Positions 17,032-30,504 of a DNA stretch of 64,000 bases are shown in pieces. The DNA is taken from the NCBI GenBank assembly GCA_964016885.1, contig OZ024740.1, forward strand, positions 81,220,001 through 81,284,000. Direction: 5' to 3'. Source of the DNA: Eledone cirrhosa (Eukaryota). Below the pieces are notes generated by a model. That model worked only from the letters and a program-made list of their open reading frames with translations, was not told the origin of the DNA and searched no databases. The position numbers and the translations under genes were made by a program. Each line of letters opens with the position of its first letter. Position 1 is the first letter of the stretch.

Positions 17032-19080
17032 AGCCACCACACCATTCCAGGCCTACTTAAATGCCGAATTGTGGAATATAAAAAAATCCCCTAACCTGTA
17101 TGTCTCCTCAGATAAAACCAAAAACGTTTATGAGGTAGACCCACAGACCTACAATAAGCTAGCAAAATATGCCATCACGACCACCTACAAAAAGGTAATA
17201 CAGATGGGACTGACTGAGACTAACGCGGCCGGAAAAGAAATCGCGAAGTCCCTTAAATTACACGACCTAACCGAACTTTTAAGGGTAGAGACCCCGCACT
17301 TTACCCTGAATGACCATAAGGGAAACTTCCTCAACAAACCATCAGTCAGACTTATCAACCCCACTCGTTCAGACATCGGCTCTATCAGTAAGAAGATCCT
17401 GGATAGAGTTCTACCATCATTGCGGGCTGCCTCACCACTCCCCTCTGGAGTAGAACGTCTGAGGCAATATCATGGTTCCAAGAATTACCCGACAAACACC
17501 ACACTCGCTTCCTGCAACTCGACATAGAAAACTACTATGCCTCTATCTCGGAACCCCTCCTGAAGGACGCAATTAACTTTGCCAGGAATTTTACCACCAT
17601 TACCGATGCTGAGCAAGTTGTTATCCTCCACGCCCGTAAGAACTTTCTATACCACGATGGATCTTACTGGATCAACAAGAAATCTCAGACCCCATTTGAC
17701 GTTAGCATGGGAGCGAGTGACTCGGCTGAAATTAGCGACCTTGTGGGCTTGTACATCCTACATCACCTGAAGAACCTCTTTACCGGCCTAACCGGAGGTT
17801 TATACCGAGACGACGGCCTCTTCGTCCTGCATAAGGTTAACCTCAGAACCACAGATGGGTTTCGGAAAAACTTAAGCTCATTCTTCTCTGATCTAGGATT
17901 TAGTATAACTACAGAATATAATTTGACTAGGGCCAACTTCTTAGATGTCACTCTCGACCTAGATACTTCCCTCTATTACTCGTACCACAAACCTAACGAG
18001 TCCCTTAGATATATTGATGTTAATTAAAACCACCCCCAAAACATCACTGATAACCTAGTGAAAAGCGTCTCTATTAGAATATCTGGCCTCTCCGCCAACA
18101 AAGATATTTTTAACGCATCTGCCTCCTACTACAATGACGCCCTCGCCCGCAGCGGATTTAAAGAAAAGATAACATACCTAGAAACCACCGCAAAATTTCA
18201 GAGGAGGAATAGACATAGGCAGATTAGCTGGTACAACCCTCCCTTCAATAGAGAGGTCTCTACACCGATAGCTAGGATTTTCTTCACTTTGCTGAAATTA
18301 CACTTCCCCATACAGCATAGGTACCACACCATCTTTAATAAGAACACAATAAGACTCTCCTACTCCACCACACCTAACCTAGCTAGGAATATAGCCAACC
18401 ACAATTCTAAAAAATTAAATAGGCCAACCACCTCCGAACTCAATCCCCGGACTGGGGCTCTGTGTAATTGCCTAAATAAGGAAGTATGCCCACTTGAAAA
18501 TAAATGCCTCACAAATGATATCGTATACAAATGCGATGTCATCTCAGGCACCGATGATTGCAAAAAAACTTACATCGGCATGACCTCCAACATCTTTAAG
18601 ACCCGGTGGTATGCCCATACCCACTCCTTCAGAAGACCGGACAAATCAAACCAGACAACACTCGCCTCCTATGTTTGGGAACTCAAAAGGAACTCCACCA
18701 ACCCCCTTCACGCTTAAATGGAAAATACTCCAGAAAGCGCGCTCTTACAACGGAGCACACAAGGGCTGCGACCTTTGTATCTCAGAGAGCTACGAAATCT
18801 TATTCGCCAAAGGCCCGCTACTGAACAAACTCTCTGAACACTGCCCGAACTGCATGCACAAGAACTTTGCAACTTTCAAATACTTTAAGCCACTGTTAAA
18901 GCCCGATGGCTAAAAACGACCTCCTCCTATTGGCCCCTATACCTCCTTCCCCCCCCCCCCCCCTCAACCTGAAATACGGCCACTATTGTTATGTCAGTAC
19001 CTCTTACCTATCTGCATTTCCTGGCTGTAGAGCTGTTTTTATGTGCCTGTGTATATGCGTATATTTATTGAGTACTTATT
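17032..19080 (+). mobile_element. Penelope-like element (RT plus GIY-YIG), 5'-truncated, few disablements, inserted in (TA)n
   Basis: SDKTKNVY, VRLINP, DIENYYASI, MGASDSAEISDLVG and LYRDDGL in RT. CNCLNKEVCPLENKC linker. IVY..YIGMT..FKTRWYAH and CDLCISE in the endonuclease. Confidence 0.95.
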
Positions 19081-19180
19081 TATTTGTGTGTATGTGTGTA
19101 TATGTATGTGTATGTATGTGTATGTGTATGTATGTGTATGTGTACACATGTATGTGTGTGTATATATATGTATATGTATC

Positions 19181-19231
<51 letters not shown>

Positions 19232-19346
19232 ATGTGTATATATATATGTGTGTATGTGTATATATATATATGTGTGTATGTGTGTATATATATATATATA
19301 TATGTATGTGTATATATATATGTGTGTATGTGTGTATGTATGTGTA

Positions 19347-19398
<52 letters not shown>

Positions 19399-19629
19399 AA
19401 AACACACAGATACATGCGGACACACACATATATACATGAATGCATCCGCACCCAACTGTGAGTTAAGGGTGCCGACTTCACCGATGTTGCTCAATGAATG
19501 ACTGGGACAGACCAATTCAGTTTGAACCAGACTGAACCAGTATCAGAGTTAAAAATACATTATGAAGAGAGAAGAAACATTTAGATATAATTAGTAATAA
19601 AATGTATCATACCTAAACTGTTCCTAAAT

Positions 19630-19717
19630 TCCTCGACTACGTAGTTTCGTGGCATAAACAAAAACAATATATCAAAGATATAGAGTCCTTGCGAGGTCTG
19701 CCAACTTATCAAGAGGA
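19630..19717 (-). ncRNA. Type I hammerhead, U3-A8 core variant (copy 1)
   Basis: Minus strand: tcctc-TTGATAA-g(t)tggca...tgccac-GAAA-ctacgtag-TC-gagga. GUC cleavage triplet, palindromic helix III. Confidence 0.85.
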
Positions 19718-20220
19718 TACCTCATTTTACTAGTCTCAAGAACGCGTCTACACGACGTGAGAAAGAATCCCAAAAGGCGGAGGGGGAGATAGTCACGCGA
19801 TATAACGGTCGAGAAACAGAGCTAAGCCTCTTATAACCACGAAGAAAATACCACGGAGGCGGAGGGGGTATTCATATCGAGGCCGTAGAAGAGGTAGTGA
19901 AGAAGGCGAGAAGTATGAGTAATGGAAGCTTTCCAGTTGTCCCCACACTTCAAAGATTGCTCGACCAGAGGGAGTTATTAATATATTTAAAAACACACAG
20001 ATACATGCGGACACACACATATATACATGAATGCATCCGCACCCAACTGTGAGTTAAGGGTGCCAACTTCACCGATGTTGCTCAATGAATGACTGGGACA
20101 GACCAATTCAGTTTGAACCAGACTGAACCAGTATCAGAGTTAAAAATACATTATGAAGAGAGAAGAAACATTTAGATATAATTAGTAATAAAATGTATCA
20201 TACCTAAACTGTTCCTAAAT

Positions 20221-20308
20221 TCCTCGACTACGTAGTTTCGTGGCATAAACAAAAACAATATATCAAAGATATAGAGTCCTTGCGAGGTCTGCCAACTTAT
20301 CAAGAGGA
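20221..20308 (-). ncRNA. Type I hammerhead, U3-A8 core variant (copy 2)
   Basis: Identical to 19630-19717. Confidence 0.85.
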
Positions 20309-20813
20309 TACCTCATTTTACTAGTCTCAAGAACGCGTCTACACGACGTGAGAAAGAATCCCAAAAGGCGGAGGGGGGGATATAGTCACGCGATATAACG
20401 GTCGAGAAACAGAGCTAAGCCTCTTATAACCACGAAGAAAATACCACGGAGGCGGAGGGGGTATTCATATCGAGGCCGTAGAAGAGGTAGTGAAGAAGGC
20501 GAGAAGTATGAGTAATGGAAGCTTTCCAGTTGTCCCCACACTTCAAAGATTGCTCGACCAGAGGGAGTTATTAATATATTTAAAAACACACAGATACATG
20601 CGGACACACACATATATACATGAATGCATCCGCACCCAACTGTGAGTTAAGGGTGCCAACTTCACCGATGTTGCTCAATGAATGACTGGGACAGACCAAT
20701 TCAGTTTGAACCAGACTGAACCAGTATCAGAGTTAAAAATACATTATGAAGAGAGAAGAAACATTTAGATATAATTAGTAATAAAATGTATCATACCTAA
20801 ACTGTTCCTAAAT

Positions 20814-20901
20814 TCCTCGACTACGTAGTTTCGTGGCATAAACAAAAACAATATATCAAAGATATAGAGTCCTTGCGAGGTCTGCCAACTTATCAAGAGG
20901 A
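20814..20901 (-). ncRNA. Type I hammerhead, U3-A8 core variant (copy 3)
   Basis: Identical to 19630-19717. Confidence 0.85.
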
Positions 20902-21103
20902 TACCTCATTTTACTAGTCTCAAGAACGCGTCTACACGACGTGAGAAAGAATCCCAAAAGGCGGAGGGGGAGATAGTCACGCGATATAACGGTCGAGAAA
21001 CAGAGCTAAGCCTCTTAATGCGTGTGTGTGTGGGGGTATTTGTGTGTATGTGTCTGTGTGGTTCTCTCTGTGTGTGTGTATTTATTTATTTATTATTTAT
21101 ATA

Positions 21104-21167
<64 letters not shown>

Positions 21168-21171
<4 letters not shown>

Positions 21172-21715
21172 AAAAATTAACTTACTTACTAAAATTTTCA
21201 CTCCAACTAATTAGTTTCTGCAATGGGATAAAGGCAGTTACGTAATGTAACCGTCGAGAATTCATTGCGCCATCAGGAAGTCTATTCTCAGCTAAGTCTC
21301 CAGGCAATGCGCGGACACTGGGGACTCATATAAAAGTAATAATAATTCGGTAGATGGAACAGCTAGCGGGGACTGGATTCCATGCACTGAAAAGCTCGCT
21401 GTCTCTGGTCAAATGGCAGATTCTAAAGAATCAATCACGTGACACTGAGGCTAGTCAGAAGGAGTGGGATGGTAAGATGACAGAAGCCTACTACCACACC
21501 AATGAATTAGTAGCTCCAAATTATTTATTTGTTCAGCAAACCTGCCAAAACCACTACTAATTCATTGGTGTGGTAGTATTGTCTGGAGACTTAGCTGAGA
21601 ATAGACTCCCCGATGACGCAATAAATTCTCGACGGTTATATTACGTAACTGTCTTTATCCCATTGCAGAAACTAATTAGTTGGAGTGAAAATTTTAGTAA
21701 GTTAATTTTTTAAAT
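21168..21715. mobile_element. Fold-back cassette with a hammerhead in each arm (21200-21281 minus, 21605-21686 plus)
   Basis: Arm consensus actcc-CTGATGA-cgcaat...attgca-GAAA-ctaattag-TT-ggagt. Each arm has one different core mutation. Nested small inverted repeat at about 21489-21578. Confidence 0.88.
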
Positions 21716-21984
21716 CTTTTTTTTAAATTTTCTTATTTTACGTCCTTCATATTATTGTTCTGCATCCTCCTGCATTGAACCCCCTAGGTACTATCACATA
21801 ACTTAACTTATGTATTCGCTAGCATTAGCGTACATCTGTACGCATATGTTAGTAGATATACTGAATTCTCTCTCTCTCTATATATATATATTTTTGTGTG
21901 TATGTGTGTATGTGTGTATGTATGTGTGTGTGTATGTATTTTTTTAAATATATATATATATATATATGTATATATGTGTATATA

Positions 21985-22067
<83 letters not shown>

Positions 22068-22603
22068 TTATATGTGTGTGTGTGTGTGTGTGTATATATG
22101 TTTATATGTGTATGTGTGTGTGATTATGGGTGCGCGCGAGTGTGTGAGTGAGTGTGTTTGTGAATGTGTCTGTTGATTTTTGGCATATAGTTGAATAGTT
22201 TAAGAGAAATTTGAAGATAATTGTATGATATGCACTCAATATTTTGAATTTGTCTACAGAATTCTCTAAACATTTGTCACTTAGTAGAACGTTAAAGAAT
22301 TTAGCTTTTAAATAATCTCCCCTTCCTTTAAATGTATCTACCATGACTGACCCCCACTGATCTTATAGACACCTGTTAGCTTAAGAGAAACTTAATAATA
22401 AGGCGTGGCACCCCATCTTGAATCTGTTTATAGAATTCTTTCTGCCTTTGTTACTCTAAAAATAAAAATAAACTATAGCTTTGTAGAATTCGCTTTTAAT
22501 GAATTCCCTTTTCTATCAACTAATGACCTACACCCATCCCATTCCGTACCCTCTCCTACCACTTGTAGAGACCCATTAATACCATACTTATTTTTTGATA
22601 CCC

Positions 22604-22654
22604 AGATTCCTGAGGATTTCTAAAGAATGAAACAGTTCTAGTCCTGTAGAATCT
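22604..22654 (+). ncRNA. Type I hammerhead ribozyme directly abutting (TA)n
   Basis: agattc-CTGAGGA-tttc(taaa)gaat-GAAA-cag(ttctagtc)ctg-TA-gaatct. All three stems pair. Confidence 0.88.
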
Positions 22655-22660
22655 CATATA

Positions 22661-22763
<103 letters not shown>

Positions 22764-22767
22764 ATAT

Positions 22768-24432
22768 AATATTATAATGAAATGACAGGAGGCTGGATTT
22801 GTGTAAATCCTTTAAAGGTTTATTATACTATGATCATTTCAATGACCGAGTTCCGTATGAATCCGGTGATATCATCAGGTATTCGAAATATAATACGTGA
22901 ATGTAATAGATAAAATCCATGGGGCTGAAAATCGAGGACCCGAGGGCGACCGCTATCCAGCACCTTCTACCTTAGCCGGTCGCCCTCGAGTGACGTGGCT
23001 AAAGATTACAGTGTGCTACTACCGGTCAGATAAAGGAAAACAAAGTTTTTTTTAAATGTTTAATTTTCAATTTTCTGTTTGTTCAATTCTCAATCTTCTT
23101 ACTCTTTAAATTTATAACGTTATTCTGAATTCTTTCAACTTCATCCTATAAATTTAGACAGTATTTTAACGTTCCAACTTTCTGTCGGACTGTTGGGTGG
23201 GTTGTCCTGGCGACGGTACCGGCCCTCTGGCGCATGGGCCTACCTTGAGTGCTTGGAAAAATAAATTTCCCCTTCTTTCGGTAAATGAAACTCCTCGGAG
23301 TGGCCTGATTCGCCCCGGGGGCCCGGAGCGCGGCTGGTTTTTTAACCGCCACATAGTACCTTTAAATTTCGGATCAAATCAGAACTATTAGATATATCAA
23401 CCTTAAAATGTTAACCTGTTTGACTTTGAATTTTCTAATTCCTTTGATATGAATATTGATTATTAATTTTTAACTTCATCCTATAAGTCTAAACAAAAAC
23501 ATAACGTTCCAATCTTCTGCTCACACATTATAACGCACTGACCCCACTATATTTACCTCTGCTAAGATACGGGTCCCTGTGACATTTCCTCACGCCACTC
23601 CTGGCCTGACTGTAGTCTGACATTAATATCGACCTTTCTTCCTCTTTCTTTCTATCTTCCTTCTTGTAGCCATCGACCCTGACTTTTCTACTTCTTCCTT
23701 TTATTCCTTCTCTTCTCCCTTCCTTCTGTCTTCCTCCCGCAGACTTATCTTCTTTCCCCCTTTTGTTTGCCTATATCTGACAGGTAGTAGTTGTTTAGAT
23801 ACGGGTCACGTAGAATTAAAAAAATTCTTCGCGACAATCCTGGCCCGACTGTAATACCGACCTTTCCTCCTCTTTCTTTCTGTCTTTCTTCTTATAGCTG
23901 ACATTAACCCTGGCTTCTCTTCTTCTTCCTTCCCCCTTCTTCTCTCTTCTTCCTTTCTTTCTTTCTTTCTTTTGTCTTGTGGCATGAGATTAACGCTAAC
24001 TTATGTTCCCATCCCTTTCTGTCTTCCTTTATCTGACCGGTAGTAGCACACTGTAAGCTTTAGCCACGTCACTCGAGGGCAACCGGCTAAGGTAGAAGGT
24101 GCTGGATAGCAGCCGCCCTCGGGTCCTCGATGTTCAGCACCATGGATTTTATCTATTACATTCACGTATTATATTTCGAATACCTGATGATATCACCGGA
24201 TTCATACGGAACCTGGTCATTGAAATGATCATAGTATAATAAACCTTTCAAGGATTTACACAAATCCAGCCTCATGTCATTTCATTATAATATTTAACTC
24301 CGTAATAGCACCACCAACTACAAAAACAAAGACGGTTGAATTGCTTTACGTTGAGTACTCTCTATATTATTACATAGCGATTGACCATACGGAATAGACC
24401 AGCTCTATCCAGTGGTGAACCTCAAACCTGAA
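22768..24432. mobile_element. (TA)n-flanked fold-back cassette, arms about 22768-23042 and 24019-24295, HHRs at 22825-22882 (-) and 24180-24237 (+)
   Basis: Intact atac-CTGATGA...GAAA-tgatca-TA-gtat in both arms. Right end homologous to the end at 16936. Confidence 0.9.
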
Positions 24433-24436
24433 TATA

Positions 24437-24474
<38 letters not shown>

Positions 24475-24498
24475 TGTATGTATGTATATATATATATA

Positions 24499-24816
24499 TG
24501 TTGATTTGTTCTTCTTTTTGGTAAATATCATCTTGGTTAAGAGAGTGGGACTGGCTTTGTGCAGTGCCTTTGCTCACTATAAAAGCTTCATGGCACAGGC
24601 ATTGCTTTATATCTGGAGATCTCTCTGCACTTGTCCTCACATGGTACCATGGGCCCAGCACTATGTGTCAATAATTGTCACAAGTGTAGTGTTTGTACCA
24701 GAGGTTTCAAGTCGCTGGCTGGACTAGAAAGTCACACTCGTTCAGCGCTTCGGTAGGGGTTCTCCTACATGGATATAAAGTAGTGGCCGTACTCGAAAAC
24801 GAGTTGGCAGCCACCA
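24499..24816 (+). mobile_element. 5'-truncated copy of the RTE-derived element at 44322-44958
   Basis: High identity to 44614-44958 and the same 3' end (ggcagccacc) into (AT)n. Confidence 0.85.
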
Positions 24817-24968
24817 TATATATATATATTAAGAACAAAACGACGTTTCTTATAGAGGTTTTTGTTGACTATGCACAGTTGCAACCGTTTTACAGATGAG
24901 GGGCCTAGGATTGACAGTCCAGCCTCCTGTTATTTCATTTATATATATATATATAAATGAAAAGTATA

Positions 24969-25084
<116 letters not shown>

Positions 25085-25096
25085 ATATATATATAT

Positions 25097-25224
25097 AACG
25101 AAGGAGGTGTGGTAAGGAACCAGATGGACCATAACGGACCAGAGTACTCAATCAGAAATAGCCATCGAAACCCACTTTACTACCCTAAATATTAAGTACT
25201 CTGGTGCGTTATGGTACATTTTCC
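25097..25224. repeat. Short (TA)n-flanked fold-back copy of 'family Y'
   Basis: Starts aacgaagga.gtgtggtaaggaaccag. ccataacggaccagagtact is inverted as agtactctggtgcgttatgg. Confidence 0.8.
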
Positions 25225-25239
25225 TATATATATATATAT

Positions 25240-26500
25240 GTTTTGAGAGCCTTGGGAGAGGGCTCCAACACTGATGTCATCTACCTTGATTTCCGCAAGG
25301 CCTTCGACAGGGTTGATTCTACTGAAAAAACTATCCAATGTTGGTGTCTCTGGAAGGTTACTACAGTGGACCAAATGTTTCCTGACAGGCAGAACCCTGC
25401 ATGTTTTAGTCGAAGGAGTAGAATCAAGCCCTGCCAAAGTCCGCAGTGGCGTCCCACAAGGCACTGTGTTGGGCCCACTTCTTTTCATCATCTACATTAA
25501 TGACATTATCAAACACAGTAACATCAGAATCTTCGCAGATGATTCCAAGCTCCAAAGGGTCATCAATGAGGTGGGTGACCGGGCTTGCCTTCAGTCAGAC
25601 CTACTGGCTGTTATCCAATGGGCAGAGATGAATAATATGCTGTTGAATGAGGATAAATTTGAACTAATCCATTTGGAAAAAAGGATGCTCTGAAACTACC
25701 ATACTCTCTTCCTTCGGCTGAAACTCTGGTGGCTTCCAATAACAAGACCTGGGAGTAATTGTGGACAACAATATAAGCTGGGCCACTCATATAAACAGCA
25801 AAGTTGATATGGCCCGCAGAATGTGTTCCTGGAATCTCAGAACTTTCCAGTCGAGAGATATCCCCACTGTTCTCCTTCTCTTCTCCACTTTTTCCCGACC
25901 CCACCTTGAATACTGTTGTCCACTGTGGTCACCCCACACGATACAAAGTATCATGACAGTTGAAGCACCCCAAAGGTCAATTACAAAAAAGAGAGTTGGC
26001 ATGGCAGGCCTTGACTATTGGGGTCGATTTGAAAAGCACAAACTTTATTCTCTTCAACGTCGCCGTGAACGCTACATTGTCTGTATGATGTGGAAAATAT
26101 TCCATCAGCTTAGCTCAAATGATGTTGGTATCATCTTTAGTGTACACGCAAGGCTTGGGCCCCGTGCTATCCGCCCAGGACAAAAACCCCACTCGCATCA
26201 CATAACAACAATACGGCACAATTATTTCACCTCAATTGGCCCTGCACTCTTTGACATTACACCAAAACACATCAAAGCAGAGACAGACCCCATCAAGTTC
26301 AAGAAGTATTTGGATAAATTCCTTCAAGAAATCCCGGATAAGCCTACTACACCCCGATATGCCTCCGTAAACAATAAATCTCTGCTCGAGTGGGCCATGG
26401 TGCCCAAACACTGATTTGTAAGACTTCGCCAGGTGGTGCTATTAAGTTAGACATGGCCTGGGCCAATACTGGCCGAAACCTATCAAAAATATCAAAGTTA
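25240..26500 (+). mobile_element. CR1/L2-group LINE 3' fragment (RT pseudogene)
   Basis: DVIYLDFRKAFDRV, SGVPQGTVLGPLLFIIYIND, FADDSKL, RPHLEYCCPLWSP, YSLQRRRER. Frameshifts. (TA)n on both sides. Confidence 0.92.
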
Positions 26501-26592
26501 TACATATATATATATATATCACATATTCTGCTCTGTAAAAGCATCGAATGCTCAAACGGCACCGCATACGGACGCTTCAAGCATACCGCACC

Positions 26593-26626
<34 letters not shown>

Positions 26627-26629
<3 letters not shown>

Positions 26630-27586
26630 AGAAAGTGAGGTTTTTTTACAAAATGAAAAATAACCGAGGTGTCCGACACGAGTGAAATCAAAAGTCATAT
26701 ATATAAGGAAGTGAGGTTTTTTTACAAAATGAAAAATAACCGAGGTGTCCTACATGAGTTGAAATCAAAAGTTCAACTGGAGTCTTATTTTAAAAAAATA
26801 TATATATATTTATTTTGTCCCCAAACGGGTTTCGCAGTTCTTCTGTTTTTCAAAAATAGAGGTGAGATGGAGGGTCTGTGGTTTTTCTCACATCTGGTTG
26901 GTCTTTGAATGTTACTTGTTTTATATGGAAAAAAGTGGCTCAAAACACGACTGCATCAACAAACCAAACTTCACTCATATATGAAAAAACAACCTGCCAT
27001 ATTCACTGAACCAGAACAATTCTCCCATCCCATTTCTCTTGACCATTATCTTTTGTTTGTCATAAAATTCCCTAAAAGGCTACAAATAAATTCCCAAATA
27101 CGGGCGCGAAATTTAATGAACTTGTTCACGTGACAGTTATAATTTCGTTTATAACCAATCAAATTACACCTATAAAAAAAACCTTCGTGAGCCACTTTTT
27201 TTTAAAGTAAAAAGAAATTCAAACAAACTGCCGCGAAAGCTGATGTGTTTATTAACGTGAATGCATCAACCAACCAAACTTCACTCATATATGAACCCCC
27301 CCCTTGTTTGAAGTACTTTGTAACGCGAACTGGCGCGAAATTTATTATACTTATTCATTAACCAACCAAATTACCACTCTAACAACCTGGCGTTTAGAGC
27401 CACTTTTTTCCATATAAAACAAGTAACATTCAAAGACCAACCAGATGTGAGGAAAACCACAGACCCTCCATCTCAACTCTACTTTTGTAAAGCAGAAGAA
27501 CTGCGAAACCGGCGAAGGAACCAAATAAATACATATATTTTTTTTAAAATAAGACTCCAGTTGCATTTTCGATTTCATCTTTTTTC

Positions 27587-27622
<36 letters not shown>

Positions 27623-27657
27623 GAAAAAAGATGAAATCGAAAATGCAACTGGAGTCT

Positions 27658-27660
<3 letters not shown>
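26627..27660. mobile_element. 'Family X' fold-back cassette (arms about 26763-26950 and 27392-27572) with decayed U3-A8 HHRs, plus a (TA)n-centred terminal palindrome
   Basis: Inverted arms. HHR-like ctt-TTGTAAA-gcag(aagaa)ctgc-GAAA-ccgg at 27482-27517 and a minus-strand counterpart near 26817-26857. Confidence 0.85.
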
Positions 27661-27737
<77 letters not shown>

Positions 27738-27949
27738 CTATATTCACATGCCTACAAATGTGTAGCTATGTTCCAGTATAACTGGATATTCGCTTTTGTT
27801 ATTCAAAAATGTAATACACGCCAGAATTTCGTATGGTGTCAGATATTACCAGTGCATTGTCATTTTGGAAACATGAGATACTAAATATGTTATGCTTTGC
27901 TTTAAAATAGATATAGACAGAATTTGTTTTCAGTGTTTTTGTTTATATT

Positions 27950-29150
27950 ATGAGAAAAAGTGCCCTGTTATTAATAACTAACTTTTTACTGAGTTGTTCT
28001 TATTATTTCGTTTTAGATAAATGATGACAGACTTCAGGCCAACTCGGCTAATAAAAACGCAAGCTATTATCGTTTCCTCAGTGGCATAGTGTTATAGAGA
28101 TTTCTCGATTGCTGAAAGTTCCAGGATCGCAAAGAGCTGGAAGCCACTGGCGCATAAACTGCAGCAGTAGCTAAATTTGAAACGCCTCATAAATGTCCTA
28201 ATACCATCAGAAGACCCAAAGGTGTAGGAAAAGGTGTAGAAAATTATCGTTAAAAATCACAGAAATTAGCGTCTTGCTGAGAAGCTCAAGTTTCAAAGCA
28301 TACTATCGGAAGAATTATTCATGTGGATATTCGGTACAACTCATATTGTGAAGCGGAGAGAACAACTCATAGCTGCAAAGGCAATAGATAACAGTCCAAT
28401 GCGCCCAAAGCGCTTGTTGAGTAAGTACGAACATCATAAGCCTGGAATGATTTGGATTCTTTTCTCTTACGAGAAAAACCTTGATCAAGACCAAGTAGTA
28501 AACCAAAGGGATGGCAGATGCTTATTCAGAGATACTAAAGATGTTACAACCGCCATGCACGCAATGTTTTCAATTACTGTCTTGGTTTGGTGAGTCGTGA
28601 GTAACAAGAGAGATGTCAGGCCTCCGAACATGTCTCCGTCTGGAAGTCTTAAGTTTCTATGTTACTTACTGTAAACAGATGTTGCCAATAATAGTGTACG
28701 AGGGCAGAGCAAAGGAACACTGAAGCCCTGCCAACAAGACTCTGCGCAGACTGTTAAGGCCAATAAGATCCAAGAGTGCATTAATTACAATCTTTACGAT
28801 CACGTCCACCGATACGGCCTACTAGATCTCCAGACCTTAATTCATTTTACAACTATATATGGTGAATAGTCGAGAGTGAAGTCTATCACTGCCCACTTAA
28901 CACTCTAGACACTACCATAACTAGCACAATGTTCAAAATAGATTAAGTACAACTGATTTGGGCAAGCCAACGTTTCAGACCAGATATCGGAGAAGACATC
29001 GACGTTAACGGCGAAATCACCGTGTAGATCAGCCAAGAAGAGGTTCAAGATTATATATGCCTTTTTCTCAAATAAATCACTTTTTCCATGAAATGTTTTT
29101 TTTTATTAAATCCATGTTAATATCCTCAAACAAAAGTGCAACCGTTTTCC
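27950..29150 (+). pseudogene. Tc1/mariner superfamily (DD37D/maT-like) transposase pseudogene
   Basis: FS(D>Y)EKNLDQDQVVN, VVSN..DV.PP, QQDSA and SPDLN motifs in the expected order. TIRs not identified. Confidence 0.8.
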
Positions 29151-29709
29151 TTAGTGTTATTTAAGCTGTTGTCAAATAGCACTATTAAAGTGATATATCA
29201 TGAATAACATCCAGTTACACAACTATTTGATAACAATGAAATACATATAAGGAACAGGTGTTGCTTATGAATTATAAATCGTTATGTTCGTTGTAAATGT
29301 CAAAACTGTCTGGTTAACAATGATTTATTCAACATAAACTATATTGATTATAAAGGTAAATATATCAAATAAATCTTTGTTTCTGTGAAAAAGTATATAG
29401 AATTATAGAAAATACTTAACATACTCTAAAGTTTCGCTTTGCATGTGACGATCTGTTGGGAAATTCGAAAATGTGTAGGCGGAAAGTCGAAAACACAATA
29501 TCAGACAAATACTATATATACCGGAAAAGTAGTATGTTTCTGATTTAATGATATCATGGTGAGAAAATTTTCTACACGAAATCAAATAAAAAATATACCA
29601 TTTATATTTTTTCTCATAGATTGTCACGATTAGGAAAACCAAATAATTGGCATATAATACATAGGTGTATTTTATTAACTTCAAGTATATACCTATATAC
29701 CGACCATTA

Positions 29710-29749
<40 letters not shown>

Positions 29750-29750
29750 T

Positions 29751-29789
<39 letters not shown>

Positions 29790-29792
29790 GTA

Positions 29793-29937
29793 TATTTAAT
29801 ATAGAAATGCCTTCTACACGACTAGAACTGTTTCATTCGGGAGAAATCGTCAGGAAATCTTTCCTGGGGGGCTTTCCTGATAATTTCTCCCGAATGAAAC
29901 AGTTCTAGCCATGCAGAAGCCACTTCTATATTAAATA
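29793..29937. mobile_element. Mini fold-back made almost entirely of two inverted hammerheads (29809-29859 minus, 29870-29921 plus)
   Basis: Minus strand: gatttc-CTGACGA-tttc(tccc)gaat-GAAA-cag..gtg-TA-gaaggc. Same family as 22604-22654. Confidence 0.85.
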
Positions 29938-30035
29938 CTTATACTCTGCTATGTATTGAGTACCTTACTTACTGTGGTTACCCCCGATTAAAACCGGGAT
30001 AAACAAACACACTCGTACACACATATATGTATATA

Positions 30036-30255
30036 TAGTAATATATATAAATATAGTAATGTATGAAGACTAAAATCCGAAGAGGGCTCGATAAGGATAA
30101 TATATATAAAAAATATATAAAACCGTAGAGCAAATATTTAATAAAATAACAGATTGAAGTTTAAGCAAAATTTAGTTTCAGAAGATCCCGTCATGGGTGA
30201 ATGCAGCGACTCTTTGCTGAAACCTTAATCTGTTATTTTAATAAATAAACAAACA
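30036..30255. mobile_element. Fold-back copy of the 3' pLTR end of the 2287-4960 PLE family, with HHR-like motif at 30175-30223 (+)
   Basis: Homologous to 2287-2446. Inverted arms tatttaataaaataacagatt / aatctgttattttaataaata. Confidence 0.8.
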
Positions 30256-30276
30256 TATATATATATATATACTCAT

Positions 30277-30338
<62 letters not shown>

Positions 30339-30445
30339 TAAAGAAAACGAAAAGTCAGTGATGCATCTGGACTTAATTTCTGCTGAATATTGAGTGTTAA
30401 TTTTGGCATACCAGCTATGGAAGCACCATAGCTACCATTACACAC

Positions 30446-30500
<55 letters not shown>

Positions 30501-30504
<4 letters not shown>

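Larger units (their letters stand above)
19390..21017 (-). repeat. Tandem array of about 2.75 near-identical 591/593-bp non-coding units, one hammerhead per unit (retrozyme-like)
   Basis: Units start at about 19390, 19981 and 20574. Flanked by (TA)n and (TG)n-rich tracts. Confidence 0.92.

Noticed and set aside
19793-20613. Duplicated 75-aa ORF in the 592-bp units
   Set aside because: No recognisable motif, starts in TG-rich low-complexity sequence, and is identical only because the DNA is duplicated.
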